From: Candidatus Rifleibacterium amylolyticum
GTDB lineage: Bacteria; Muiribacteriota; Ozemobacteria; Ozemobacterales; Ozemobacteraceae
Direction: 5' to 3'
NCBI GenBank assembly: GCA_009917695.1
Contig: JAACJG010000011.1
Span: 28,997 to 92,996, forward strand
DNA: 64,000 bases
Position 1 is the stretch's first letter; each line of letters opens with the position of its first letter. The position numbers and the translations under genes are program-made. Of the stretch, positions 1 to 9,423 are shown piece after piece. The notes beneath the pieces were generated by a model. It saw only the letters and a program-made list of their open reading frames with translations. It made no database searches and was not told where the DNA came from.

Positions 1-31
1 GTGAGTTGTAGTATATATTCATAGCGAGGTC

Positions 32-1012
32 ATGTTCATGCGACCAGTAATACTGACACTGATTTTTATAACAATATTTGCTTCAGCAGCATTTTTTACG
101 CGCAACTATCTTTCTGATTCGCCGGGAGGGTTTATTGGAGATGCCATGAATCCCCGCACAGCGCCTGCTCTGGTACGCGCAGAGATAGCTTCTGATGGTT
201 TGACGATCGACCTGGGCAACAATATATATATGAAGTTCGCATCTGTTCCTTCAGGCACTTTTATTATGGGCAGTCCCGAAACAGACAACCTCGCAATGCG
301 GAATGAAAAGCCGCAAAGCCGTGTAAATATCAGCAAAGGCTTTTTTATCGGCATCCACGAGGTTACCCAGGAGCAATATATCCGGGTGACCAACATAGAT
401 CCGGCTCATTTCAAGTTTGCGGCAAGCGCGAAGCATCCAGTCGAGCACGTTACCTGGTTTGATGCGGTGAGATTCTGTAATGCCCTGAGCAAGGCTGCTG
501 GATTGACGCCCTGTTATACCGATCATTCTGGCAGTAGTGATATCGATACGACAGATCAGGTAAACTGTCGTTGGGATGCAAACGGATTCAGGCTGCCGAC
601 TGAAGCAGAGTGGGAATATGCCTGCCGTGCGGGATCTACGACCCGATATTGCTGCGGCGATGAGTTTAATCAGGAATATGCCTGGTATTGGGAGAACAGT
701 CTGGTTAATTACACGCCAAATTCAAGAGGACGTGGCACAAACCCGGTCGGCACCAGAAAGCCCAATGCCTGGGGTATTTGTGATATGCATGGCAGCCTGT
801 GGGAATGGTGCTGGGACTGGTATCAGGAGCCGCGCACAAGCGCAACTGAAGAAACAGATCCAACCGGCCCGGCAAGCGGAAGCATGCGCACTTACCGTGG
901 TGGCGCATGGAGCAGCGAGCCTCATTCTGAGCGCTCAGCAAGCCGCAATGGCGGCATTCCATTTTATCGCAACGGGCATCTTTCATTCCGTGTGCTGCGA
1001 ATTCAACCATGA
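32..1012 (+). CDS. FGE-sulfatase (formylglycine-generating enzyme-like) domain protein with N-terminal TM anchor
   Basis: ATG preceded by GAGGT RBS; N-terminal hydrophobic helix; C-type lectin-like FGE fold motifs (RLPTEAEWEYACRAG, GSLWEWCWDWY, RGGAW). Confidence 0.75.
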   Translation: MFMRPVILTLIFITIFASAAFFTRNYLSDSPGGFIGDAMNPRTAPALVRAEIASDGLTIDLGNNIYMKFASVPSGTFIMGSPETDNLAMRNEKPQSRVNISKGFFIGIHEVTQEQYIRVTNIDPAHFKFAASAKHPVEHVTWFDAVRFCNALSKAAGLTPCYTDHSGSSDIDTTDQVNCRWDANGFRLPTEAEWEYACRAGSTTRYCCGDEFNQEYAWYWENSLVNYTPNSRGRGTNPVGTRKPNAWGICDMHGSLWEWCWDWYQEPRTSATEETDPTGPASGSMRTYRGGAWSSEPHSERSASRNGGIPFYRNGHLSFRVLRIQP

Positions 1013-1021
1013 TAACCACCT

Positions 1022-1927
1022 GTGATAAATCTAAAAGATAAATATACTGGCTGTTTGTTAGGCCTGGCTTATGGCGATGCAATGGGAGCTCCATACGAAG
1101 GCGGCATGATCGAACGTCTTGTCTGGCGTTTTATTGGGAAGACTGCTGATGGCTGTCGGCGCTGGACAGACGATACTCAGATGTCACTGGATATAGCAGA
1201 GTCGATGCTGGCTAAAGGCGCGCTTTTTCAGGATGATCTCGCGCAGCGCTTTGCTGAAAGTTACGATTGGAAGCGCGTTTATGGCCCGGGTGCAGCAAAG
1301 ATTCTCAAGCTGATCAGGCGTGGTTGCAGCTGGCGGGATGCGATGCATAGTGTTTATCGCGACGGTTCGTTTGGTAATGGTGCCGCGATGCGCGCTCCGG
1401 TTCTGGCACTGTTTTTTTATGACAGCCTGGACAAGCTTGTGGTAAATACACGCGCAGCTTCTGAAATTACGCATTCACACCCAGTCGGAATTGATGGTGC
1501 AGTCCTTATCGCACTGGCAACAAGCCAGTTGCTTATTAATCGAAGTAAAGAAGAGGTCTGCGAAGTGGTGGTTGCTCATTGTCAGACCGAAGAAATGCGA
1601 AAACCCTTGCAGGTAGCAGTCAACTGGTTGCAGCAGAATAACCGGCCGGTCGTTTCCGTAGTCGTGGCGCAGCTTGGTAACGGCATTACCGCGCAAAAAT
1701 CTTGTGTGACTGCTCTCTATATAGCATTGAGATTCATCGACAGCGGATTTTTAGATATGATGAATTTTATAATTGATGCAGGTGGTGATGTAGATACCAT
1801 TGGAGCGATGGCCGGCTCTCTCTGGGGTGCTTTTAACGGAAGTTCAGGCTTGCCAGAGTTCAAGATTGAAGACGGTGCTCGAATTGAAGAGACTGCTCTC
1901 AGAATCTATTCGGCTGTACGTTGTTAA
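1022..1927 (+). CDS. ADP-ribosylglycohydrolase family protein (DraG-like)
   Basis: 10 nt downstream of previous gene; GDAMGAPYEG and DTDTIGAMAG motifs typical of ADP-ribosylglycohydrolases. Confidence 0.8.
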   Translation: MINLKDKYTGCLLGLAYGDAMGAPYEGGMIERLVWRFIGKTADGCRRWTDDTQMSLDIAESMLAKGALFQDDLAQRFAESYDWKRVYGPGAAKILKLIRRGCSWRDAMHSVYRDGSFGNGAAMRAPVLALFFYDSLDKLVVNTRAASEITHSHPVGIDGAVLIALATSQLLINRSKEEVCEVVVAHCQTEEMRKPLQVAVNWLQQNNRPVVSVVVAQLGNGITAQKSCVTALYIALRFIDSGFLDMMNFIIDAGGDVDTIGAMAGSLWGAFNGSSGLPEFKIEDGARIEETALRIYSAVRC

Positions 1928-2068
1928 TGTCGATTGAGCCGCTTGAGTTTTAACCTTGTTGTCTGAGGAACTTGATAAAACCACGTTAAAGCAATCAGTC
2001 AAAAAGTATAATTTTCTATTGGAATCAGTTAGAATGACTTAACGTTTTTGAGGTTCAGGAGGATGAGC

Positions 2069-3034
2069 ATGGCATTTTTGATTGGTTGTGCTGCAGGATT
2101 TGTGTGCTGGTTTCTCTATAACTATCTCTGGTCAGGGATTTATACCGTAGATCAGAACGAGCGTGCGGTGAAGACGGTTTTCGGGCGTGCCCAGCGCATC
2201 GAGGGCAAAACCACGCTTTCTACTCCAGAGGCAATGAGCCTTATCGATGAAGAGCGCGAACGTTATAAATACCCTCAGGTCGAAGTTATTCAGCCAGGTG
2301 GGCCTTATTTCAAGTTTCCATGGGAAGAAGTGCATAAGGTGAATATTGCCACGCAAACCCTTAACATGGCGCATGACCCTGAAGACCCGATGGCGAACCA
2401 TGGCGGACAATTTCTCGATGCCGTCACCAAAGACCAGCTGAATACCGCTCTGACCGGGCAAATACGTTATCGTGTCAGCGAAAAGAACCTGTATGCTTAC
2501 CTGTTTGGGGTTAAGAACCCGATCGTCCATGTAATGGGCTATTTCATTTCAGTATTACGTGAGCGCGTCGCCAATTTTGAGGCAAAGAAAGGCGAAGAGG
2601 AAAATGCAACAGCCGGAATTTCGATCAATGATCTGCGAAAAAACCTGCATGAAATAAACGAACACATGATGCGTGAGTGTACGCAATCGTCAGTGCGCTA
2701 TGGTATTGCGCTGGAAGCTTCGCTGATAACCAGCATCGACCCGCCTGATGAAGTCGAAAGTGCGCTGGCAGCAATCAATACTGCGCATAACGAAGTTTCT
2801 TCCGAAATCAGTCTTGCTCAGGCGTCTGCCGATCAGAAAATCGTTCAGTCAAAAAGAGCGACTGAGATTGAAACCTTGCGTGCCAAGTCAGAGGTTGAAC
2901 CTCTTAAGAGCACAGCTCAACAGCTGGAAGAGCTTAAGAAGAGAGGGCCAGATGTATTGCACGCTTATGTGCGCAATGTAAAACTGGCTCTTTATTCAAA
3001 AGTTAAAAAAGTGATCATGGAGGTAGAAAAATAA
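2069..3034 (+). CDS. SPFH/band 7 domain membrane protein
   Basis: N-terminal TM then band-7 like core with coiled-coil tail; AGGAGG RBS 6 nt before ATG at 2069 (ORF track begins at TTG 2048); preceded by AT-rich promoter-like region with TATAAT near 2005. Confidence 0.7.
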   Translation: MAFLIGCAAGFVCWFLYNYLWSGIYTVDQNERAVKTVFGRAQRIEGKTTLSTPEAMSLIDEERERYKYPQVEVIQPGGPYFKFPWEEVHKVNIATQTLNMAHDPEDPMANHGGQFLDAVTKDQLNTALTGQIRYRVSEKNLYAYLFGVKNPIVHVMGYFISVLRERVANFEAKKGEEENATAGISINDLRKNLHEINEHMMRECTQSSVRYGIALEASLITSIDPPDEVESALAAINTAHNEVSSEISLAQASADQKIVQSKRATEIETLRAKSEVEPLKSTAQQLEELKKRGPDVLHAYVRNVKLALYSKVKKVIMEVEK

Positions 3035-4026
3035 TGGAACATTTATTTGCCGGCTTCATGCTCACTTTTCTTGGTTGCTTCATGGTTTTGCCGCTGTTTT
3101 TGTGGATGCTGCGCTTTTTTGGCCTCTACACGATAGTCTATGAAGGTCATTGCCATGTCTATCTGCTTTTCGGTCAGGTGCTTGGAGTTCTTAAAGAACC
3201 AGGACTGTATTTTCTGCCATGGCATATCGGAATTAAGGCTCCAATAGTTCACCTGCTTGGCTCCTGCAAAGTTATCGACATCCGTCTTGATCAGGAATAC
3301 CTCCGCAGCCAGCCGGTCAATTCTGAAGAAGGCGCGCCGATGGGCATCGGTATCTGGTATGAGATGATTATCTCGAATCCGGTTGCCTATCTGTTCAAAA
3401 ACATCAATCCGCGCGAATCTCTTTCTACCAATGTTCGCAGCTCGTCAGTCCGCTGTCTCAGCAATATGAAACTAGAAGACATGCTGGAAGACAGACATAC
3501 AATGAGCCAGAAAGTACGTGAAGAAGTATCGCCGCAGGCTCTGGAATGGGGCTATAAGGTCGGATCGGCCTACATTCGCAAGGTGCATTTTCGCGATGCC
3601 AGAATGATCGGACAGATAGAAGAAAAGGTAGTTAACCGTCTGCGTCAGGTTACGTCTGCGATCAAACAGGATGGCGCCAACCAGGTCAGCATTATCACCA
3701 GTACTGCCGAGAATCAGGCTGCCGCCGAATTTGCCCGCGCTGCCGCCGTTCGCCCCAAAATTGTCGGCGAGGCGCTACAGGAAATATCGCGTGATCCCGA
3801 AATTTCTTCGGCTCTGTTCGAGATTCTTGAGGCTCAGAAGCTCTCCGAAGGCCGCGCGCAGATAACCATGATTCCGTCTAATGCTCCCATGCTTCGCCAG
3901 ATGCTTGCTGCCGGCGTTCTCGAAGACACAGAAACAATTGAGCCGATAACTCCTTCTGGCAGCAGCAGGACTCACGAACAAAGGGCCGGAACTCCTAAGC
4001 CCGATAAAAATAAAGCTCACAGGTGA
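3034..4026 (+). CDS. SPFH/band 7 domain membrane protein (paired with upstream paralog, HflK/HflC-like arrangement)
   Basis: TAATG stop/start overlap with upstream gene; N-terminal TM helices, SPFH core, Ala/Glu-rich C-terminal coiled coil. Confidence 0.7.
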   Translation: MEHLFAGFMLTFLGCFMVLPLFLWMLRFFGLYTIVYEGHCHVYLLFGQVLGVLKEPGLYFLPWHIGIKAPIVHLLGSCKVIDIRLDQEYLRSQPVNSEEGAPMGIGIWYEMIISNPVAYLFKNINPRESLSTNVRSSSVRCLSNMKLEDMLEDRHTMSQKVREEVSPQALEWGYKVGSAYIRKVHFRDARMIGQIEEKVVNRLRQVTSAIKQDGANQVSIITSTAENQAAAEFARAAAVRPKIVGEALQEISRDPEISSALFEILEAQKLSEGRAQITMIPSNAPMLRQMLAAGVLEDTETIEPITPSGSSRTHEQRAGTPKPDKNKAHR

Positions 4027-4113
4027 TAAAGCTGCTGCTTAGGCTTCAGCAATTCTCGGCGAGCAGTAAAACCGTCATTACCAAAGGTCGAGAATAGAGA
4101 ATTTGTCTTCTTT

Positions 4114-4140
4114 GTCATTGCGAGCGTAGCGAAGCAATCC
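4114..4140. repeat. short copy of palindromic REP/MITE-like repeat (GTCATTGCGAGCGTAGCGAAGCAATCC)
   Basis: shares GTCATTGCGAG...GCGAAGCAAT module with long inverted repeat at 39678-39774; imperfect hairpin (ATTGC/GCAAT). Confidence 0.5.
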
Positions 4141-4167
4141 CACGGTCAATTAGATTGTTTCGGGCGG

Positions 4168-4196
4168 TTGACATACAAAGGCTTTTCTGATAAAGT
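4168..4196 (+). promoter_or_regulatory. sigma70-like promoter (TTGACA -17- TAAAGT) upstream of pyr operon leader
   Basis: perfect -35 TTGACA at 4168-4173, 17-nt spacer, -10 TAAAGT at 4191-4196. Confidence 0.5.
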
Positions 4197-4363
4197 CGCG
4201 CCATCTTGAGAAATGTGCTGGAGACGGCATCGTGACTCTTAAATGGCGAAAAGACATTGACCCGCCAGAATACCGGAATGTCAGGTGGCTACGAAAACCT
4301 GATATTGAGCAGACGAACTGCTTGAATTTCTGCCCACCGGTAGATTGTGCCATCACTAACAAT

Positions 4364-4398
4364 CCCCTTCTATCAACAGTAGAAGGGGATTTTTCTTT
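4364..4398 (+). terminator. intrinsic terminator hairpin in pyr leader, immediately upstream of pyrC start (candidate attenuator)
   Basis: CCCCTTCTA-tcaacag-TAGAAGGGG 9-bp stem followed by ATTTTTCTTT; sits between promoter at 4168 and pyrC ATG at 4429. Confidence 0.6.
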
Positions 4399-4428
4399 GT
4401 GCCCGACTGCGACCGGCGGAGGCTTTTG

Positions 4429-5814
4429 ATGCTGCCAAATGGTTTGCCATGGTTGGGCCGTAACGGCCATCTGTGCACTGGCACTCTTGATATGGACAAG
4501 CAAGGACGTCTCAGGATTGAGGCCGCATCTGATCAGACTTTGATCAGCTCGATCCCGGGCCATATAAATCATTTAATAGTGCCAGGCTACATTGACAGCC
4601 ATGTGCATTTTCGCCAGCCAGGGCAGGAATACAAGGAAGGTATCGCAAATGGAAGTCTTGCGGCACTTAACGGCGGCGTCACGACGGTACTCGACATGCC
4701 CAATACAAGTCCGCCGACCTGCTCGGCGGCAGCGCTCATTGAGAAGCGCAGACTCTGGCACGAACTCGGCCGGGTGGGGTGGGGGCTTTTTGTCGGCTGT
4801 AACGGCTCTGAAATACTACCTTCTTATGACAGTCTGTCGGCGATGTCCGAAACTATGGCTTCACGACAGATCCCGACTCCCGCCAGTCTTGGTATTGATC
4901 CTTCCGGCATTGCCGCTCTAAAAGTTTTTATGGCGCATTCGGGTTCTTGTGCAGCCGTAACCGACCCAGAAATTCTTGCATTACTCATGCAGAACTGGCC
5001 AAGAATAGCTGTGCACGCCGAAGATGAAACAGTATTTCCAATCACTTCTGTCGGCCCTGACCACGCTGCCCGCCGTCCGCGCCGCGCTGTGATTGAGGCT
5101 CTGAATAAACTTGAAAAAGCTTTTGAACTTGCCGAACGCCAGCTTGGCGGTATGCCAGCATGTCGCCTGATTCTGCTGCACGTTGCAACCTGCGAAGAAA
5201 TTGCCTGGGTGCGGCAGATGAAAAGCCGAGGATACGATATCGTCGCTGAGACCTGTCCGCATTATCTGCATTTTACTGGCGCCGACATCAAAAATCATGG
5301 CGCGCAGATTCAGGTAAATCCGCCGCTGCGCGATGCGGTAGACCAGAAGGCTCTCTGGCAGGCACTGGCAGATGGCACGATTGATATTGTCAGCAGCGAT
5401 CATGCACCGCATGCGCCGGCCGAGAAAGCTTCTACGAATCCGCCATCGGGTATTCCAGGAATCGAACGCATGTGGCCGCTTATGGCGCTGGCTGCTGAAA
5501 CCGGCCGCATCAGCTGGAGTCGTGCCCTGGCGCTGGCAGCTCAGAATGCAGCCAGATGCTACGGTATGGCCGATCGCGGGGTCATCGCGAATGGTGCCAG
5601 GGCCGATCTTGTGCTATTGCGCCGCATATCTGAAACAGATGCCAGAATACACAGAAAAGTGGTAACTCGTGCCGGTTACGATGCTTACCGGCACTTCGCA
5701 TTTCCCTGGGAAGTCGAACGCGTTCTCATCGCCGGCAAAGCCGTCTGGGAACAAGCAAACGCGCGAGCAGAGAGGCTCGCAGAGGAGGTATATGCAAGCC
5801 AATCGTCCTGGTGA
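4429..5814 (+). CDS. pyrC: dihydroorotase
   Basis: GGAGG RBS 5 nt upstream of ATG 4429 (ORF track start 4399 is GTG); cyclic amidohydrolase motifs PGYIDSHVHFRQPG, GGVTTVLDMPNT, DHAPH; first gene of contiguous pyr cluster. Confidence 0.85.
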   Translation: MLPNGLPWLGRNGHLCTGTLDMDKQGRLRIEAASDQTLISSIPGHINHLIVPGYIDSHVHFRQPGQEYKEGIANGSLAALNGGVTTVLDMPNTSPPTCSAAALIEKRRLWHELGRVGWGLFVGCNGSEILPSYDSLSAMSETMASRQIPTPASLGIDPSGIAALKVFMAHSGSCAAVTDPEILALLMQNWPRIAVHAEDETVFPITSVGPDHAARRPRRAVIEALNKLEKAFELAERQLGGMPACRLILLHVATCEEIAWVRQMKSRGYDIVAETCPHYLHFTGADIKNHGAQIQVNPPLRDAVDQKALWQALADGTIDIVSSDHAPHAPAEKASTNPPSGIPGIERMWPLMALAAETGRISWSRALALAAQNAARCYGMADRGVIANGARADLVLLRRISETDARIHRKVVTRAGYDAYRHFAFPWEVERVLIAGKAVWEQANARAERLAEEVYASQSSW

Positions 5815-6406
5815 AATTATCAGATTCTTACTCGAATGTCAGGCTCTCAAGTTTGGCGATTTTACCCTCAAATCAGGTGCAAAATCGCCATTTTTTATCG
5901 ACCTGGGGAATGTTAGAACCGGTCGACAGCTTGATGTCCTGGGCGAGTTCATGGCCGAGGCCATAAGAGATCGTTTTCCTGAGACGACGATCATTTTTGG
6001 CCCTGCCTACAAGGGTATTGCGCTGGCAGTTTCAGCTGCAACTTCATACTGGCGACTTAGCGGTCGCGACCTTGGCCTGATCTTTGACCGCAAAGAGGCC
6101 AAAGCCCATGGCGAAGGCGGGTCGTACATCGGCACCCAGCCGACAGCATCCGATCGCGTGCTGATTATCGACGATGTGTTGACCAGTGGTCTTACCAAGC
6201 GCGAGGGAATCGACAGTCTGCGTCGCTCTTTTGGCGTGGCTTCTGCCGACATTCTCGTTGTCGTCGATCGCCGCTCGAAATCTGGTGCAGCCACCGATGA
6301 TCTGCAATTTTCATCACTGCTGGATATTCATGCGCTCAGTGAATATCTTGCCGAAACCGGCGACACGCGCGCCGAACTCATACAGAAATGGTGGGAGACC
6401 GCATGA
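5792..6406 (+). CDS. pyrE: orotate phosphoribosyltransferase
   Basis: ATG at 5792 with AGAGGAGG RBS, overlaps pyrC end by 23 nt; PRTase motif VLIIDDVLTSG; ~204 aa. Confidence 0.9.
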   Translation: MQANRPGEIIRFLLECQALKFGDFTLKSGAKSPFFIDLGNVRTGRQLDVLGEFMAEAIRDRFPETTIIFGPAYKGIALAVSAATSYWRLSGRDLGLIFDRKEAKAHGEGGSYIGTQPTASDRVLIIDDVLTSGLTKREGIDSLRRSFGVASADILVVVDRRSKSGAATDDLQFSSLLDIHALSEYLAETGDTRAELIQKWWETA

Positions 6407-7113
6407 TGAACAACAAGCCTGCAAAGATTTTCAAGTTGATCCCGGCACTCGATGTTCTTGAACTTGCCAATGTAGAGCACATCGCCAGAATCGTCGGCAA
6501 CAACGAAATGTTTTATGGTTTCAAGGCCGGGTTCTCGCTGGGCCTGACTCACGGACTCGGCAAAGTCGTCGAAACCATCCGCCGCTATTCTGATCTGCCA
6601 ATTATATACGACCATCAGAAAGCAGCAACAGACATACCAGACACTGGCAGACTTTTTGCGCAGACGCTGCGCCGCGCCGGAATCAATGAAGCGATACTCT
6701 TTCCTCAGGCAGGCCCGGTAACACTGGAAGCCTGGATCAGCGCTCTGCGAGAAGAAGAACTAAAGGTTATCGTCGGTGGTCTGATGACTCACAAGGCTTA
6801 TATGCATTCTGAAGGCGGCTTTTTGAATGATCAGGCAATCGAAACCATCTATCGCACCGCGGTTGACCTTGGTGTGAATTCTTTTGTTGTGCCGCTGACC
6901 AAGCCAGAGGCGGTTGACCGCATCTTTCAAACGGTGCCTTTTCGACCTGAAACCGAATTTTACTCGCCCGGTTATGGCCGGCAGGGCGGCGATCCGTCTC
7001 GTTTTGCCAGTATCGCCCGGCATTATCTCATAGTTGGCCGGGCCCTTCTCGAAGCCGCTGACCCGGTCGCCTGGATTGCCGACGCATCTACGCAGCTCAG
7101 GAGTGCGTCATGA
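6403..7113 (+). CDS. pyrF: orotidine 5'-phosphate decarboxylase
   Basis: overlaps pyrE stop (ATGATGA); GGGAG RBS; IYDHQKAATDIPDT resembles ODCase DxKxxD active-site motif; position between pyrE and pyrB. Confidence 0.75.
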   Translation: MMNNKPAKIFKLIPALDVLELANVEHIARIVGNNEMFYGFKAGFSLGLTHGLGKVVETIRRYSDLPIIYDHQKAATDIPDTGRLFAQTLRRAGINEAILFPQAGPVTLEAWISALREEELKVIVGGLMTHKAYMHSEGGFLNDQAIETIYRTAVDLGVNSFVVPLTKPEAVDRIFQTVPFRPETEFYSPGYGRQGGDPSRFASIARHYLIVGRALLEAADPVAWIADASTQLRSAS

Positions 7114-8030
7114 AACGTGACCTTATTTCGATTGAAGATTTGAGCGAAAAACATCTGCGCGATTATCTCGAACTGGGCCGTCGCGTTGATGATATGAGCC
7201 CGGAGGCATGCCGCCAGATTCTTGCTGGCAAGATACTCGGTGTGCTTTTTTACGAGCCCAGCACCCGCACCCGTCTCAGTTTTGAAGCGGCAATGCTGCG
7301 AATGGGCGGCCAGGTGATCGGATTTTCCGAAGCATTGAACACCTCGGTGGCCAAAGGCGAATCGCTGGCAGACACAATTCACACCGTAGAACAATACTGC
7401 GATGCCATAGTAATTCGTCATCCGCGGGAAGGCGCTGCGCGCCTGGCAGCTGAGGTCAGTCGAGTGCCGGTTATCAACGCTGGCGATGGCGCCAACCAGC
7501 ACCCGACACAGACACTGCTCGACCTGTATACTCTGCAAAACCTGTTTGCTCGCATCGACGGCTTACGAGTGTCTCTGGTCGGCGATCTCAAGTATTCACG
7601 CACCGTACACTCACTGTTTCATGCTCTGTCGAAGTTCAAAGATGTCAGGTTTACTTTTGTCTCACCCGAAACACTGAAGATGCCAGAATATGTCATCGAG
7701 GCAATCGAAGGGGCAAAGGTAGATGTAAAAGAGACGACAAGTCTTGAAGAAGCTATTGCCGACAGCGATGTGGTCTATATGACCAGAATACAGCGAGAAC
7801 GTTTTCCTGACCCGATTGAATATGAGAAGGTAAAAGATACTTATCGCCTTGACTGCGCGGCCCTGCGGAACGCACCAGAACATTTGAAGGTTTTGCACCC
7901 GCTTCCGCGTGTCAATGAAATTGCAACTGAAGTCGATGCCACCCGACATGCCGCTTATTTTCCACAGGCCGGCTATGGCATGATAATGCGTCAGGGCATT
8001 CTGGCGCACCTGCTTGGAGCAAAAATATGA
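7110..8030 (+). CDS. pyrB: aspartate carbamoyltransferase catalytic subunit
   Basis: STRTRLSFE, HPTQ, HPLP motifs; 4-nt overlap with pyrF. Confidence 0.95.
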   Translation: MKRDLISIEDLSEKHLRDYLELGRRVDDMSPEACRQILAGKILGVLFYEPSTRTRLSFEAAMLRMGGQVIGFSEALNTSVAKGESLADTIHTVEQYCDAIVIRHPREGAARLAAEVSRVPVINAGDGANQHPTQTLLDLYTLQNLFARIDGLRVSLVGDLKYSRTVHSLFHALSKFKDVRFTFVSPETLKMPEYVIEAIEGAKVDVKETTSLEEAIADSDVVYMTRIQRERFPDPIEYEKVKDTYRLDCAALRNAPEHLKVLHPLPRVNEIATEVDATRHAAYFPQAGYGMIMRQGILAHLLGAKI

Positions 8031-8503
8031 GTCCTGAACAGATTCTGTTGATACCGAAAATTGAAAACGGCTTCGTGCTCGACCACATCCCCGCCGGATC
8101 AGGCGTAAAAATTCTCAATCTGATTCGCGGTCACCATGAACTCAATGCTGCAGTGCTTTCGGTCGGCCTGCATTATACAAGTCGCAGACTTGGTCGCAAA
8201 GACCTCATCAAAATTCAATGTGGCGAGCTTCCACAAAGGTTTTTGCAGCATTTGTCACTTGTCGTTCCTGGTGTTACAATCAAACGGGTCGAGAATTTTG
8301 CGATTGCCCGCAAGATTGTGCTTGAGCCACCGGAGCTTGTCGACAATCTGCTGAGCTGTCCTAATCCCGGCTGTATAACCAATCACGAGCGTGGTGTAAC
8401 CACCTGCTTCCATCTGGTGCGACGCGAACCCATGAAGTTCCGTTGTAACCACTGCGAGCGCTGGTTCGCACTGGCCGAACTCGAGAACAGGCTTAAACTG
8501 TGA
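8027..8503 (+). CDS. pyrI: aspartate carbamoyltransferase regulatory subunit
   Basis: 4-nt overlap with pyrB; C-terminal Zn domain CxxxxC...CxxC (CPNPGCIT, CNHCER). Confidence 0.9.
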   Translation: MSPEQILLIPKIENGFVLDHIPAGSGVKILNLIRGHHELNAAVLSVGLHYTSRRLGRKDLIKIQCGELPQRFLQHLSLVVPGVTIKRVENFAIARKIVLEPPELVDNLLSCPNPGCITNHERGVTTCFHLVRREPMKFRCNHCERWFALAELENRLKL

Positions 8504-9423
8504 TAAATCGTCTATATGTAAACATCGCCGGCATTGAGCTGGCGTCACCACTGGTTCTTGCTTCGGGAATAATGGGCCTGTCGGCGTCGAGCCTGGAACG
8601 GGTTGCAGAGCTGGGTGCCGGAGCAGTTACTGCCAAGTCGTGCGGACTCGAAGAGCGCAAGGGGCATGCATGCCCGGCAATACTTCCATTCGGGTTCGGG
8701 CTGCTAAACGCAGTTGGTCTGGCTAACCCCGGAGTCGATGATATGATCGAAGAACTGCGAACCTTTCGTCTGCAGTCTGAAGTTCCGGTTATCGCATCTA
8801 TATTCGGCAAGACCATCGCTGAGTTTCCCGATGTTGCGACCCGTATTGCAGAAGCCCTGCCATCGATGATCGAGGTCAACGTCTCATGCCCCAATGTCGC
8901 ATCCGAGTTTGGCAGGCCATTTGCTGCAGACCCCTCTCTGGTTGGCGAAATTACCAGAAGAGTGCGTGAGCGGGTGACTGATATACCAATCTCGATTAAG
9001 CTCTCGTTGCAGTGCCTGTCGTTGGCCGAAGTCGCTAAGGCCTGTGCCGACAATGGTGCCGACGCGATTACCGCGATAAATTCAGTCGGACCGGGTATGA
9101 TCATCGATCCCAATGTCAGGCGGCCCGTGCTGGCTAATCGCATGGGTGGTCTTTCCGGTCCGGCCATACTACCACTGGCTGTGCGTGCCGTATGGGAAAT
9201 TGCTGAAACGGTATCGCTGCCAATAATCGGCACCGGCGGCGTTGAGACGGCAGAAGACGTAATTCAGATGGTGCTTGCCGGCGCGTCAGCGGTCGGCGTT
9301 GGCACCGCCGTCTACACCCGCGGTCTTGAAGTCTTTTCGAGTATAAATTCTGATCTGCATGTGTTCATGCAGGAGCGCGGAATCAGCTCGCTGAGCGATA
9401 TAAAAGGAGCTGCCCATGTCTGA
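8500..9423 (+). CDS. pyrD: dihydroorotate dehydrogenase (class 1B) catalytic subunit
   Basis: 4-nt overlap with pyrI; TIM-barrel DHOD motifs (VNVSCPN, IIGTGGV). Confidence 0.9.
   Translation: MINRLYVNIAGIELASPLVLASGIMGLSASSLERVAELGAGAVTAKSCGLEERKGHACPAILPFGFGLLNAVGLANPGVDDMIEELRTFRLQSEVPVIASIFGKTIAEFPDVATRIAEALPSMIEVNVSCPNVASEFGRPFAADPSLVGEITRRVRERVTDIPISIKLSLQCLSLAEVAKACADNGADAITAINSVGPGMIIDPNVRRPVLANRMGGLSGPAILPLAVRAVWEIAETVSLPIIGTGGVETAEDVIQMVLAGASAVGVGTAVYTRGLEVFSSINSDLHVFMQERGISSLSDIKGAAHV

Noticed and set aside
705-1094. Antisense and overlapping ORFs inside the FGE-sulfatase gene (and many similar 60-170-aa ORFs on the opposite strand of confident genes throughout the window, e.g. 7023-7538, 8493-9233, 10928-11425, 32597-33154, 45151-45873, 57826-58389)
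   Set aside because: They lie entirely within, and antisense or out-of-frame to, long ORFs with clear protein-family signatures. They have low-complexity or biased composition typical of shadow ORFs and no RBS
2048-2068. Upstream TTG start for the first SPFH gene, as given in the ORF track
   Set aside because: The AGGAGG RBS sits inside this extension and is optimally spaced for the ATG at 2069, so the shorter start was preferred
4232-4429. 65-aa ORF (GTG start) spanning the pyr leader terminator
   Set aside because: Not called as a gene: non-ATG start, no RBS, no recognisable product. It is mentioned only as a possible leader peptide in the attenuator hypothesis
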